DNA from: Callorhinchus milii | Taxonomy: Eukaryota | Assembly: GCF_018977255.1 (NCBI RefSeq) | Contig: NW_024704742.1 | Span: 132,248,001-132,312,000, forward strand | Length of the DNA stretch: 64,000 nucleotides | Reading direction: 5' to 3' | Shown: positions 1 through 11,600 of the stretch, one piece after another | How positions within the stretch are numbered: position 1 is the stretch's first letter | How the letters are laid out: each line of letters opens with the position of its first letter | Position numbers and translations under genes: made by a program | The notes under the pieces: generated by a model | Databases searched by the model: none | The model's input: the letters and a program-made list of their open reading frames with translations, nothing else | Told to the model about the DNA's origin: nothing

Positions 1-345
1 AAACACTGCACCAATCTGCCTGAAGGTATCTCGCTGTCTTAGGCATATTCAAGTGATGGGCAGCTCTGAGGCACACACAGTAACGAACGTGCTGGATCAC
101 AGCTAAAGTAGTAAAGAAAGCTCTAAAAACTGGGAATAACCATCTCTTTCAACAACCCACCATTTCCCCCCACCCACCACTCCACCCAAATACATCTCGA
201 CCTTCAACTCCCCTTTGCATATGTGCATATCCAGCCATTTATTTTAGCAATGATTACAGCTTCGAAAACTCAAGTCATAATTAAATGTCTTTCTAAAAGC
301 AGCATTTATTTTTAGTGGCATCTCTTCTGGTTGCCAGGAAGACTC

Positions 346-663
346 TAATAATAATAATAATAATCCTTGCATTTGATATAGCGCTTTTCACGTCTTCTAG
401 ACGTCCTAAAGTGCTTCACAGAATATACTGTAAAGTGAATTGACTGTATATTTGTGGGCGAAGGCGGCAGCCAATTGCACACAGCAATGTCCCACAAACA
501 GTCATGGATTGAAAATGACCAATTTATTATTGTTTTGTTTTTTGGAGGGATTATTATTAGGCGTGTGGAGTAAGGAAACTTGCCGAAGGTTTTGCCCTGC
601 CTGGAATTGAACTCAGGTCTCTCACTTGCAAAGCGAGTGCTCTAACCACGAGCTACAGGACTC
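346..663 (-). mobile_element. tRNA-Ala-derived SINE, short type A, full length
   Basis: Minus strand reads GAGTCCTGTAGCTCGTGGTTAGAGCACTCGCTTTGCAAG (A-box, TGC anticodon loop), then B-box GAGTTCAATTCC, body, and tail ATCAAATGCAAGGATT(ATT)n; closely matches the copies at 13388 and 42650. Confidence 0.92.
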
Positions 664-1525
664 TATGCCTCTGTTTAAGCATAAAAAGCAATCGCCATCT
701 TCACTGTGACTGAAACACACAACCAGTATGAAATATAAATGCGGCCGGTTAAATTGGCTTTTTTTTAAAACTCTTTAAAAAAGGTCACAGGCATCCCTAA
801 GGTAACTTTTACATATTTATTTGTTTCCAGTGACTCAGCTGCCGGCTTTGTTAGTTGGCCTCACAACGCAGATTCCCCCTTCGCTGAGCTTTCTCTCACC
901 CGACATTATTTAATGGCTAGAACCCAGCAAAATGTCAACATTTGCAATTCCAAAGCTTTATTTAAGCAATAAAAAATAATTAAAAGGGTAGCCCCTTGGA
1001 GAGATTGTGTCAATTTTATCTGGTGCAAAGAAAGGCGCAGATGAGACAAATTCAAACAGAGAGTAGAAGAATTAATTTTTGATTGCTTAAGCTCAACAAA
1101 CTGTGCAAGTTAATGAAGTAGAACGAAAATGTCTCCCTGAGACCTGCAGCTATTCAGACTGTGATAAAATAGACTCTTTATTTCACTCTGCACTAAACTG
1201 TTTTAATCCCCGCTTGAAAATCGATGCTAATGACATTGATTCAGTGGGAAATGCGATAGAATAATAACATCAAAACTATTGTGTTTAATAGGTTTTAGTT
1301 AGATATTTAGTAGCCTGGCACGTCAGCTGGTTTCTTTCACATAAAGCTCACCTTTCCAGGTAACTAGAAACAAAATTCAGATTTAACAGCGATAAAACTC
1401 ATCATAAGCATGTCCAGACCTGTCATGATTAAACTTTTCTCAGTCCAGAATGTTTCAAGTATTCCAATATCGTTCCACTGTAAATCCCATGCACACTCTA
1501 GGACCTCCAACTTTTGTCTCTTTCC

Positions 1526-2065
1526 TTTTGGTCAGCTGGGTGTCTGAGACATGCCGATATGAATCACCAAGAGTATCCAAACCAAATTGAGATTTCCAGG
1601 CATCGCACCAATGCATTGAAATTCCCGAGATGTTTAATTGTATTGAATACACACCCTGCTTACCTAATCCCAGAGAGTATTAGGCCAAGCTGGTAAAAGC
1701 CATGGCTCTGAGAACCCAGAGTGTGAGTTGGACTCCAACCACCTAAAGCTACATAGATTGCCATTGAAAGCACTGTCTAGCAACCTTTCCCATTGCTTGT
1801 CCAGCTAGCACCACCCTATCCATTAGGGCTTTGGTTTGCACAGTTAATAGGAGCTGAGTGAGAAGAAGCCCTGCCCCCAGTGACTAGTCTAGCCTTCCAA
1901 GTCCTGCTGATGAAGCAAGCTGGCTGGACTGTCATTCAGCATTGCCCTGGATTACTGTGGACCCACCTGGCTGAGGAATTGGACTACTGAGACTGCAATG
2001 GAGAGTTGACACGATTCTAACATTCCGTTGCCAAACATGTCACTGCAGTGCCAATTCAGCTCCAA
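1526..2065 (-). repeat. Unassigned A-tailed interspersed repeat (family D), longest copy
   Basis: Aligns by eye over about 540 bp with 61124-61548, 7190-7520 and 36410-36810; 3' end CAGACACCCAGCTGACC followed by an A-rich tail. Confidence 0.85.
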
Positions 2066-2488
2066 TTCACCTTGGTTCTTGCCTAATACTCTCCAGATTT
2101 AAATAAGCAGGGTCCAGGGACATGGGAAACAGAGAAACACGGGGAAATTGTTTATGGGAAGGTCACATACAAATGTGGAAATGAAAGAATATAGCAAGAT
2201 TGACCTTGTATATCTGTTTCAGGATTTAAGCATGGAATAGATGGGCTTATTGGACTGTTTCATTGCTGTACAGTCTTTATATTCTCTATGTATCATTCTA
2301 TGTATGTATCGTTCTATGTATGTAATTCTATTGATGTAATTCTATATATCCAGTGAAGATGTGCAAAATCACTGTCCAAATCACTGGGAAAATCTTGATA
2401 ATAAAAGTCTTTATTCTTGTCCTCCTGGAGCTGAGATTTTGTGCTCGTAAAGCAAATTTTGGAAGAATAAGACAACCACAACTTGCAA

Positions 2489-2863
2489 GTCCTGTAGATA
2501 GTGGTTAGAGCACTTGCTTCGCAAGCAAGAGGACCCGGGTTTGATTCCTGGACAGGGCAAAACATTAGGCAAGTTTCCTTACTCCACACACTCTGTGTAC
2601 TCTGATTACGTAACAGTAAGTAGAAACCTGGTCGCTAGTCGATTGGCGGATCGCTTTCCGGGTGTAATAATTCCTCCTCCCCCCAAAAATAATACTTTAG
2701 TTACTCAATCCACAACCATTTATGGGGCACTGTGGGCGCAATTCGCTGGCGAGTTTTGCCCACAAAATATGCAGTTAATTCACTTGACAGTATAATCTGT
2801 GAGGCGCATTGAGACGTCTCAATGACGCGATAAGGCGCTACATCAAATGCAAGGATTATCATT
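2489..2863 (+). mobile_element. tRNA-Ala SINE, long type B
   Basis: tRNA-like head, then GGCAAGTTTCCTTACTCCACAC..CTCTGT..CAGTAAGTAGAAACC central block, then the shared L2-type tail. Confidence 0.88.
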
Positions 2864-3564
2864 AGTTATTTAGCGCTCTTCATGCAGGATAGCGTCATAG
2901 AGCACTGTGAAGACTGATTCAATTGTATCATACAGTACCAATCTCATTGTCTTCCCACTGCAGCATTGAGATATTTCTTCATTGCTGTGCTGTCACTGTA
3001 CAGTGTATGATTATTCTTACACATTTAAAAAGAGATGTTGCAGGTGTCACATGCAGCCTCCCTAGAGTTGAGGGGGACAATGTGACTGACAGAATTTAAT
3101 TAGGGTCTCGAAGATTTCCATACTTGTGTCTGTTACGTTTACTGACGGGGTGAAACCACCCATTAGGAGAGGGACTCCTCCAGGGTCTTGGGATAAATGC
3201 ACAGTCACTACACTCTACAGTAAACCCTGTGATGCACTTTGAGACGTTTCAATGACGTGATAAGGCGCTGTGTCAAATGCAAGGATTATTATTATTTATT
3301 GTGTTATTAATTTGAGGATTTCACATCAATTTATCACATCTCAGCCCCCAAATTCCATCTTGTCTCAACCTGAGAGACCATCTGTGTACTTTAAATCTTA
3401 TAATTACACAGAAAGTTCAAAAATTCAATCTCTATGTGGGAGTCCATTTCTTGAACAGAACTGGCATGCAAGTTAAAACACATTAAATAATTATACAATA
3501 AAATTATGCAATAAATAATTATACAATATTAAATAATTATCCTCACAATCGTACCAGATACAAA

Positions 3565-3870
3565 TGCAATAATAATTATAATCCTTACATTTGGAATAGT
3601 GCTTTTCACATTGGCAAGATGTCCCAAAAGTGCTTCTTAAGATACACTGTAAAGTGGGCCTTGTAAAGCGCTTTGAGACTGTGGTTTTGTGGGCAAACAT
3701 GGCAGCCAATTTGAGCACAGCAATGTCCCACAAACAGAATGAAGTGAATGCTCAATTTTATTTGGGGGATTGTTCCCCAGAACATTGGGAGAACCTTTTT
3801 AAAATGGGATGCTTAATGTCATCTGAATGGGCAGACGGCACCTCGCTTCAACGTCTCATCCAAAGGATAA
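3565..3870 (-). mobile_element. Deu-domain SINE (type C), 5'-truncated
   Basis: Reverse of TTGGATGAGACGTTGAAGCGAGGTGCCGTCTGCC (Deu core) plus the shared tail. Confidence 0.75.
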
Positions 3871-4249
3871 GTATTAAAATCCGTATTGAGGAAGTTTCCA
3901 CCATTCTAAATCATCTTAACTTTTAAAAGTAAAATGTTCTTCTAGTAGAGACTAGGTGAAGCTTCGTACCTCATTTGTTGCACTTTAAGCTCAATATATC
4001 TTCTGTTTTTCCATCAATATTAAACAAACCACTTCCCATAAATCACATTTCAAATGTAATCAGTTTTACAGATTTTTTTAAATAACCCATCTAAAATTAT
4101 AGTTCCTTAAATATTCATCTGTTTATAAGATCTCACTGCATTTCTTCCTGCAATCATAAAGACAGGAGATAACAGCGCAGAGCGGAGCTGAGGATCTCAC
4201 CGACAAAATTACAGGACTCATTTGATGAGTTTATATATGTATGAAAAAA

Positions 4250-4642
4250 ACCTTGCATTTGATACAGTGCCTTTCACCTCAAGGACATCTCAAAGCACTT
4301 CACAGGATTTACTGTAAAGTGTTGTGACTGTGTATTTGCAAGCAAACGCAGCAGCCAATTTGCGCACAGCGATGTTCCACAAACAACTGTGAAGTGATTG
4401 ACTATTTTTTTCTCTCTGGGGACCTGGTTGGACAGGGCAACAGGTGAAACTCCTTTTGAGTAGTGCCATGGGATCTTTAACGTCCAGGCTGAAAGAAATT
4501 CAGATCGAACGTCAGCACCTCCAACAATGCAGCACTCCCCCAACATTGGGGAGTCTAACTATGTGACTTCAAAATCCCGACGTGGGGCTTGAACCCACAA
4601 GCTGACTCAGCTACTGACTCAGCTACCAACTGAGCCAGGTTG
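4250..4642 (-). mobile_element. Deu-domain SINE (type C)
   Basis: Head CTGGCTCAGTTGGTAG..GGGTTCAAGCCCCAC, then GGAGTGCTGCATTGTTGGAGGTGC and AAAGATCCCATGGCACTA, then the shared tail. Confidence 0.8.
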
Positions 4643-5889
4643 GCACTAATGTACAGTTTGCTGTCATTATGGATGTAGACAGGAAAGGGCCCCAGAAGCA
4701 ATCTCTGACCTATCTGGAGCTCGTTAATCTTAGTCAGCAGGAGAAGAATGTAATAATAATAAAATAATAATCCTTGCATTTGATATTATCACATCATTGA
4801 GGTGTCTCAAAGCGCTTCACAGAATATATTGCAAAGTGAATTGACTGCATATTTTATGGGCGAAATGTATAGGAATTTTCTTCCAACCTCTCTAACCACT
4901 TTCAAAATCCGGCTAAATAGTTCTCTCTTCAGTTGCATCTTCAGTCACCTCCCTCGCACACACTCTTTTCTCAGCTTTCGGATAAGAAGTTCAGTCACTT
5001 TCCTGTCTACTGTCCAGGTGGACTTTAAAGATCCCATTTGCATGATTCAAAAAGAGGAGTTTCTCCCGCTGTCCTGGTCAACAATTCCCCAGATAAAATC
5101 AGTCATTCACAACATGGCTGTTTGTGGGACATTGTTGCACACAAATTGACTGCTGCATTTGCTTACAAAATACACAAATAACTACACCTTACAGGAAATC
5201 TTGTGACACGCATTGATACGTTCCAATGACTTGTGAAGGCTCGATATCAAATGCAAAGAGTCTCACTACAACATATATGTTCTGAGGTGCAATTTTAAAG
5301 GTTTCCACCCGTCAATGTGAATTGTGTGCATTTGAGAGGCGCAGCTTTCATTTTTATAAATGTTAATTGCATTTTCTTCCATCTGAGCAGAGTGATGTGA
5401 GTGACACGGAGGGATAGGGTAGGAGAGTAGTACAGCCAGTGACCTTGCTGTGCCCTCAGTTTGCATAATCAATAGTCGATCAATATTTTATTATGGGAGC
5501 ATTAACCTGGAAAAGGATTTTCTGTTTGCCAGGTATGAGATGAAATTCATTAATAAACGCCTGATGACTGTTAATGGCTCCTGCACAAACTTGCTTGTGC
5601 CTCACGTATTGGCTGCAATACTTACTTCAGTGCAAAGAAGCATCAGAGTTTGCCAAGCGATGGAAAAGCTGTTGATTCGGTAACAATAAATACAGTTTAT
5701 GGACATTAGAGCGCCAATGTTATTGACGTGTGAGCATTTTTGGTGTCAGATCGCTTCTTCAGGATGTGTTCCGTAACATAATTCAGGTTAAAAGACTTAC
5801 AGTGTTTAATTTCATTTCTTACAACCAATTTGAGTGACCATCCAAACTGCTTGAAGCAGAGATTATTAGGTGCAGATTGGTGAGTCAAG

Positions 5890-6056
5890 GATTGAGGGTC
5901 CCAAAGTGTGCGTTGGAGCGACTACTGGTGTTTAACCAGCTAAAACCACATAGTTTTGCATTATATGACAAGCTTCCCACTCCATGTCCACTGAGTACCA
6001 TCCAACCAACTAGGGCTTTGGCTTGCAGGGTTAACAGGAGCTGAGTGGGAAGAATT
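5890..6056 (-). repeat. Family D internal fragment
   Basis: TTTAACCAGCTAAAACC and TAGGGCTTTGGCTTGCAGGGTTAACAGGAGCTGAGTGGGAAGAAT match other D copies. Confidence 0.75.
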
Positions 6057-6084
6057 ACTGGTTATATGAATAGCCACTAAACCT

Positions 6085-6517
6085 TTTCTACTTGGGATTA
6101 TTCTCATTGGAGCAGAGAAGGTTACGAGGAGACCAAAGAGAGGTCTTCAAAATCATGAGGGGATTTGATAGGTTAGAAAGAGAAAAACTGTTTCCACTGG
6201 TGGGTGTGTCGGTGACTCGAGGTCACAGATTCAAAATAGTCTCTAAAAGAAGCAAAGGGGAGGTGAGAAGAAATTTTTTCACGCAGCGAGTTGTTCAAAT
6301 CTGGAACGCATTGCCTGAAAGGGTGGTGGAGGCCAATTCGATGACTACTTTTAAAAACGCAGCGGACGGGTACTTGAGGAGGACGGGTTTGCAGGGTTAT
6401 GGGAAAAGGACTGGGGAATGGGATTGACATTAATTGCTCTATTCCAAGAGCCGGTACAAACTCGATGGGCCGAATGGCCTCTTTTTGTGCTGTATGATTC
6501 TATGATTCTATGATTCT
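6085..6517 (+). mobile_element. CR1 LINE 3' fragment (ORF2 C-terminus and 3'UTR)
   Basis: ORF 6092-6427 LFSLEQRRLRGD..FKIMRG..TRGH..RRNFFTQRVV..WNALP; tail (ATTCTATG)n. Confidence 0.93.
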
Positions 6518-6551
6518 AGTGCCAAAGACTGGGTAAGGGTGAATACAACCA

Positions 6552-6645
6552 TTTTTTGATGCGTTTGACAAATGCAGAAATCCCATCACCATGCTTTAGT
6601 ATCTAAACCAGACTGAGTGTTCCACAAATGTATGCCACCTACATT
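6552..6645 (-). repeat. Family D 3' end fragment
   Basis: CCCATCACCATGCTT..AAACCAGACTGAG..GTATGCCACCTAC matches the D 3' region. Confidence 0.65.
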
Positions 6646-6794
6646 TCTCAAAGAAAAACAAATGTGGTCGCTCAATCCACGACTGTTTGTGGGGAGACTG
6701 CTGTGAGCAATTGGCTGCTGTGTGTCGCCCACAAAATGTTCAGGCAATCCACTTTACAGTATATTCTGTGAAGCGCTTTGGGGTAATTGCTTGT

Positions 6795-7162
6795 AATGAC
6801 ATGATTGCTGTCTTTAAGGTTCTAAAGGGGCTAAACAATATGGATTATGACAGGCTGTTTCAACTTGTCCAGAATAGTAAAACCAGAGGATAAGGGCTGT
6901 GATTGAAAGGAGTAAGTCTACGCAAATACTATTTCAGTGAGCGAATAGTGAACCTATGGAACAGGTTCCCTAGGGAGATGGTTGAAGCAGGAAGTGTTGT
7001 TTCATTCAAACACAGATTAAATAGTGTTCTTTTAGGAAATAACATTATGGGATATAGTACATGGGTAGTTTGGGACATATGTGCATGCGACCACCAGGAA
7101 GGTAGAAGGCGAACTCGATGGAGCTTGGTCTTTTTTCGTCTAGCATTGCTTATGTTCTTATA
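6795..7162 (+). mobile_element. CR1 LINE 3' fragment, different subfamily
   Basis: DMIAVFKVLKG..KTRG / YYFSERIVNLWNRFP..SFK; tail CTTATGTTCTTA. Confidence 0.85.
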
Positions 7163-7189
7163 AATATAAATTCGTATTGTAATAAATAA

Positions 7190-7520
7190 TCCTGCAAGCT
7201 AAAGCCCTAATGCGTAGGGTGGTCATAGCTGGACAAGCAGTGGGAAAGCTTGCCAGACAATGATATCAATGGCACGCTATGCGGTTTTAGCTGGTTAGAT
7301 TCCAGCAGTTACCCCAACTCACACCAATACTTTCTGGAATTGGGTAAGCAGGATAGCTTCCTCCAGGGAGAGAGAGCGCAATCTATTCCAACAATCTATC
7401 TCTGGGATTTCCATGTGTAGGTGAGATGCATGGAATTCTCAGTTTGATTTGGATCCTCTTAAGCACAGTGATGGGTTTCCGCATGTGTCAGACACCCGGC
7501 TGACCAAATTAAATAAATAA
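7190..7520 (+). repeat. Family D copy with A-rich tail
   Basis: Ends CATGTGTCAGACACCCGGCTGACCAAATTAAATAAATAAA. Confidence 0.85.
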
Positions 7521-7622
7521 ATATATGATTGATGAAAAATGATGAAAAATGCCCAGGTGTGACAGCTGTTTCCAGAGATTTTGATGAGCAGAACATAAAG
7601 CAAGCAAAATCACGTTGTAAGA

Positions 7623-8016
7623 TAACAATAACAACAATAATAACAAATAATAATAATCCTTGCATTTGATATAGCACCTTATTATGTCTTCGAGACGTCT
7701 CAAAGCGCTTCACAGAATATACTGTAAAGTGAATTGACTGTAAATTTTGTGGGTGAAACACAGCAGCCAATTATGCACAGAATGGTCCCACAAACAGTCG
7801 TGGATTGAGTGACCAAATTATTATTTTTTTAAAAAGATTATTAACCCCAGAAAAGCAATCCCCCAATCAACCAACAACTGGGTTCCTACTTACTGCTAGG
7901 TAAACAGAGGTGTGTGGAATAAGAAAACTTGCGTAATGTTTCGCCTTGCCGGAAATCGAACCCGGGTTCCTCTCACTTGCGAGGCGAGTGGTCTAATCAC
8001 CAAGCTACAGGACTCC
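7623..8016 (-). mobile_element. tRNA-Ala SINE, long type B, full length
   Basis: Head with T-arm CCCGGGTTCGATTTCCGG, central block CCTCTGTTTACCTAGCAGTAAGTAGGAACC, and tail. Confidence 0.92.
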
Positions 8017-8267
8017 ACATTCTTTTATATTAGATAAAGACAATTCTCCCCCACCCTGCCCCCTGCCAACCTAATAAAGATTGTTATTTTTTCCTTGAAG
8101 ACATAAATTAAACGCGTACACACAGAGAAGTTATGAAAATGAAAAGTGATTTAAAATCCTGACACAGTAGAGTTCCTGCTTGAAAAATCTGCAGACACCA
8201 AAATGATGCTCTGAACCGTCAATGTTAAGACTCCTGCTCTTAATGCCGTCTCCTAAACCAGTTTAGA

Positions 8268-8670
8268 AATAATAATAATCCTTACATGTGATTCATCACC
8301 TTTCATATCAGCAGGATGTCTCAAAGCTCTTCACAGGATTTACGATTAAGTGTAGGGACTGCGCATTGTGTAGGCGAATGCAGCAGCCAAGTCGCACACA
8401 GAAAAGTCTCACAAACCCACATAGGTAAATGAGTGACCAATTTTAGTTGGGTAATTGTTGGCCAGGACACTGGAACAAGCTCCCTTCTCTTTTCAAATAG
8501 AGCCATTGGATCTGCCATTGGATGGCACCTCCAACAATGCAGCACAAACACCCCCTACCCCAAGACCAGCACTGCACTGGAGTGTTAGCAGAGACTATAT
8601 GAGATTAAAATCCCAACATGGGAGCTTGACCCCTCTACCTCTGAGGCAAAAGTGCTACCAACTGAGCCTG
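8268..8670 (-). mobile_element. Deu-domain SINE (type C)
   Basis: Head GGCTCAGTTGGTAGCAC..GGTCAAGCTCCCA, Deu-like TGCTGCATTGTTGGAGGTGCCATC, and the shared tail. Confidence 0.78.
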
Positions 8671-8706
8671 GAATCTAATCATTATCCCCTGTGTTTGGAG
8701 GATCCA

Positions 8707-9636
8707 AATGACACTAAACTAGGTGGGAGAGTAAGCTCTGAGGATGATGCAAAAAGATTGCAACGGGATAGAGATAGGCTGGGAGAGTGGGCGAGTAGGT
8801 GGCAGATGGAATTTAATGTGGGGAAGTGTGAAGTTATTCACCTAGGTAGAAAGAAATAGAAAAACAGATTATTTTCTAGAGGGGGAGAGATTAGATACTG
8901 TTAGAGTGCAGAAGGATTTGGGTGTCCTTGTACACCAGTCTCAAAAAGTTAGTTTGCAGGTGCAGCAGCAACTAAGAAAGCGAACGGCATGTTAGCGTTC
9001 ATTGCAAAACGTTTAGAGTACAAGAGTAGGGAAGTCTTGCTGCAACTGTATAGGGCTTTGGTGAGACCGCACCTAGAGTATTGTGTGCAGTTTTGGTCTC
9101 CTTATTTAAAAAAGGACATACTTGCCCTAGAGGGAGTGCAGCGTAGATTCACTCGGTTAGTTCCTGGGATGAGGGGACTGACCTAGAGGATAGGCTGAAT
9201 AAACTAGGGCTATATTCTCCAGAGTACAGAAGAATTAGGGGAGATCTTATTGAAACATATAAGACTCTTAAAGGGCTGATAAAGTAGACACTGAGGGTCT
9301 GTTTCCCCTGGTAGGAGAATCTATAACCAGGGGTCACAGTCTTAAAATTAAGGGTCAACCTTTTAGAACAGAGTTGGGGAAACATTTCTTCACTCAGAGG
9401 GTAGTGAATTTATGGAATTCACTACCCCAGAAGGCTATAGATGCTCAGTCCTTGAACATTTTCAAGGCTGAGACTGATAGATTTTTTAAAAAATAGAGAG
9501 ATTAGGGGATATGGGGATAGGGCAGGTAATTAGAGTTAGGTCTGAAGATCAGCCATGATCTTATCGAATGGGGGGGCAGGCTCGAAGGGCCGAATGGCCT
9601 ACTCCTGCTCCTAATTCTTATGTTCTTATGTTCTTA
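8707..9636 (+). mobile_element. CR1 LINE 3' fragment, RT end to tail, disrupted by stops/frameshifts
   Basis: [46 protein letters not shown]; tail (TTCTTATG)n. Confidence 0.95.
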
Positions 9637-10045
9637 AAAGAGTCTGAGCAAACAGCTGCTCCATTTCTCTCACGGGAAGTAGTTGGGTCAATCCTTGCAC
9701 GGAGAGATCTTCCCAGAACCCATCAAGTTAATCACTCGCATAAAAGGGCTGTAAAATATCGCAATTGTTTTCTTGAAGGTCAAAGCTGAGTAGTAACAAG
9801 TCTTGTGATCCAACTGAAGGTGAATTAAGTTATTTCTGAATTATAATCAAGTTTAGCAGTGATAGAGGTGGAAAGGGAGGGCAAGAAAATTATACAGATA
9901 GCAAGAGAATTTGGTAAAGATGGTGATGGAAAAGTTTTAGCGTATGAGCACATATCCTATCCTTCAAATGAGACATTAAACTGTTCAGATGGACATTAAA
10001 GATCACTTAGAGCTATTTGAAAAGAAAACGAGTCCTATCCTTTGT

Positions 10046-10240
10046 GGAGTCCTGTAGCTCAGTGGTTAGAGCACTCGCTTCGCAAGCGTGAGACCTGGGT
10101 TTGATTCCCGGCAGGGCAAAACGTTGGGCAAGTTTCTTTACTCCACACACCTCTGTTTACCTAACAGTAAGTAGAAACTCGGTTGTTAGTCGATTGGTGA
10201 ACAGCTTTTCCGGGGATAATAATTGATTGAAAAAAAATAA
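10046..10240 (+). mobile_element. Type B SINE 5' part; its tail resumes at 10572-10712
   Basis: GGAGTCCTGTAGCTCAGTGGTTAGAGCACTCGCTTCGCAAG head plus central block; interrupted by L2 insertions. Confidence 0.88.
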
Positions 10241-10247
10241 GAATAAG

Positions 10248-10575
10248 ATTACATTTGTATAGCGCCTTTCATGTCGGGAGGATGCCCCAAAGCACTGGAC
10301 TGAGTACAGCATTTCAGACCCGAGCTGGGATCGATGGGGGGGTGGAGGGGAAGGGGGGTGACTGATGGCATGGTCGAAGAGGAGGGTCTTGAGGCGAGAC
10401 TTGAAGGAGGCTAAGGAGGGGTCAAGGCGGAGTGACTGGGGGATGGAATTCCAGAGGTTGGGGGCAGAGTGGCTGAAGGCTCTCCCGCCAGTGGTGGGGC
10501 GAGTGGATTGGGGGACGTGGAGCAGGCCAGAGCCGGCTGAGCGGAGGGAATGGGCGGGTTGGTAGGGGGTTAGCG
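10248..10575 (-). mobile_element. L2 LINE 3' fragment
   Basis: Translation PYQPAHSLRSAGSGLLHVP..GGRAFSHSAPNLWNSIP..SFKSRLKTLLF is typical of the L2 ORF2 C-terminus; 3' stem-loop present. Confidence 0.92.
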
Positions 10576-11024
10576 CTTTGAGATTTCTCAAAGATGTGAT
10601 AAGGCGCTACAACAACAACAAAATTACATTTGTAAAAACGCCTTTCACATGGAGAACGTCCCAAGGAGCTGAATCAAATGCACTCTATCAAATGCAAGAA
10701 TTATTATTATTATAAGGAAGTTTCTCCTGGTGTCCTGTTCAATATTCCCTCAGATATAAACTGGCCATTTGCTTTGAGCCACTTTTGCCTAAAATCGCTG
10801 CACGTCAAATGCAAGTCCTATGAAGCACTTTGAGATGTACACCTGATGTATATCAAATGCAAATATTGTTATTATGATCTGCAAAATAAGTGCTGTCTTC
10901 AAGGAATAGTAAAGGAATTTAAATCGTATTTATTCATAGCAATATGCCAACTGGAAAGAAGCAAAGAAGCAGTCAGTCCAGGGAGACCAGATTTTCTCTG
11001 AATATAAAGGTTAAGGTAGTTGAT

Positions 11025-11285
11025 CAAGCAACAGGATTTAGCTGGTTAAACCGTAGCAGTACCCTAACGTACGCACTGGGGTCCCCAAGCTTTGATTTGC
11101 GCACTCTCACGATGTGCCTAACAGATGCATTCTTCTTAGGAGAATGAGTGCGCATTTCCATTCCAGACACAGGGGAATTTCCATGTGTAGGTGGTGGACA
11201 TATGTGGAACTCTGTCTAGCTTGGATACCCTTAAGCATGGTAATGGGGTTTCCACATGTCTCAGTCAGCCAGCTGATCCCAAAAT
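11025..11285 (+). repeat. Family D 3' part
   Basis: TTTAGCTGGTTAAAC..AATTTCCATGTGTAGGTGG..CAGCTGATCCCAAAA. Confidence 0.78.
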
Positions 11286-11600
11286 AACAACAAAATTATA
11301 TTTATAGAGTGCCTTTCACATTGGGAGGACGTCCCAAATTGCTGAGCAGTCAGGTGTCGGGGCCCGAGCATGGGGGAGGGGTGGTGTAGGGGTGAGGGAA
11401 GGCAGAGAGGTGGGAGGGAGACCAAAGGCATGGTCGAAGAGAAAGGTCTTGAGAACGGCCTTGAAGGGGGCAAGGGAGGAAGCGAGTTGAAGGGACCGTG
11501 GGATAGCGTTCCAGAGTGTGGGGGCAGAGAAGCTGAAAGCCCGGCCACCGATGGTAGAGCGAGTCGGGCGGGAGCCATGGAGCAGGCTGGAGCCCGATGA
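11286..11600 (-). mobile_element. L2 LINE 3' fragment
   Basis: STIGGRAFSFSAPTLWNAIPRSL..FKAVLKTFLFDHAF; (TTG)-rich tail. Confidence 0.9.
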
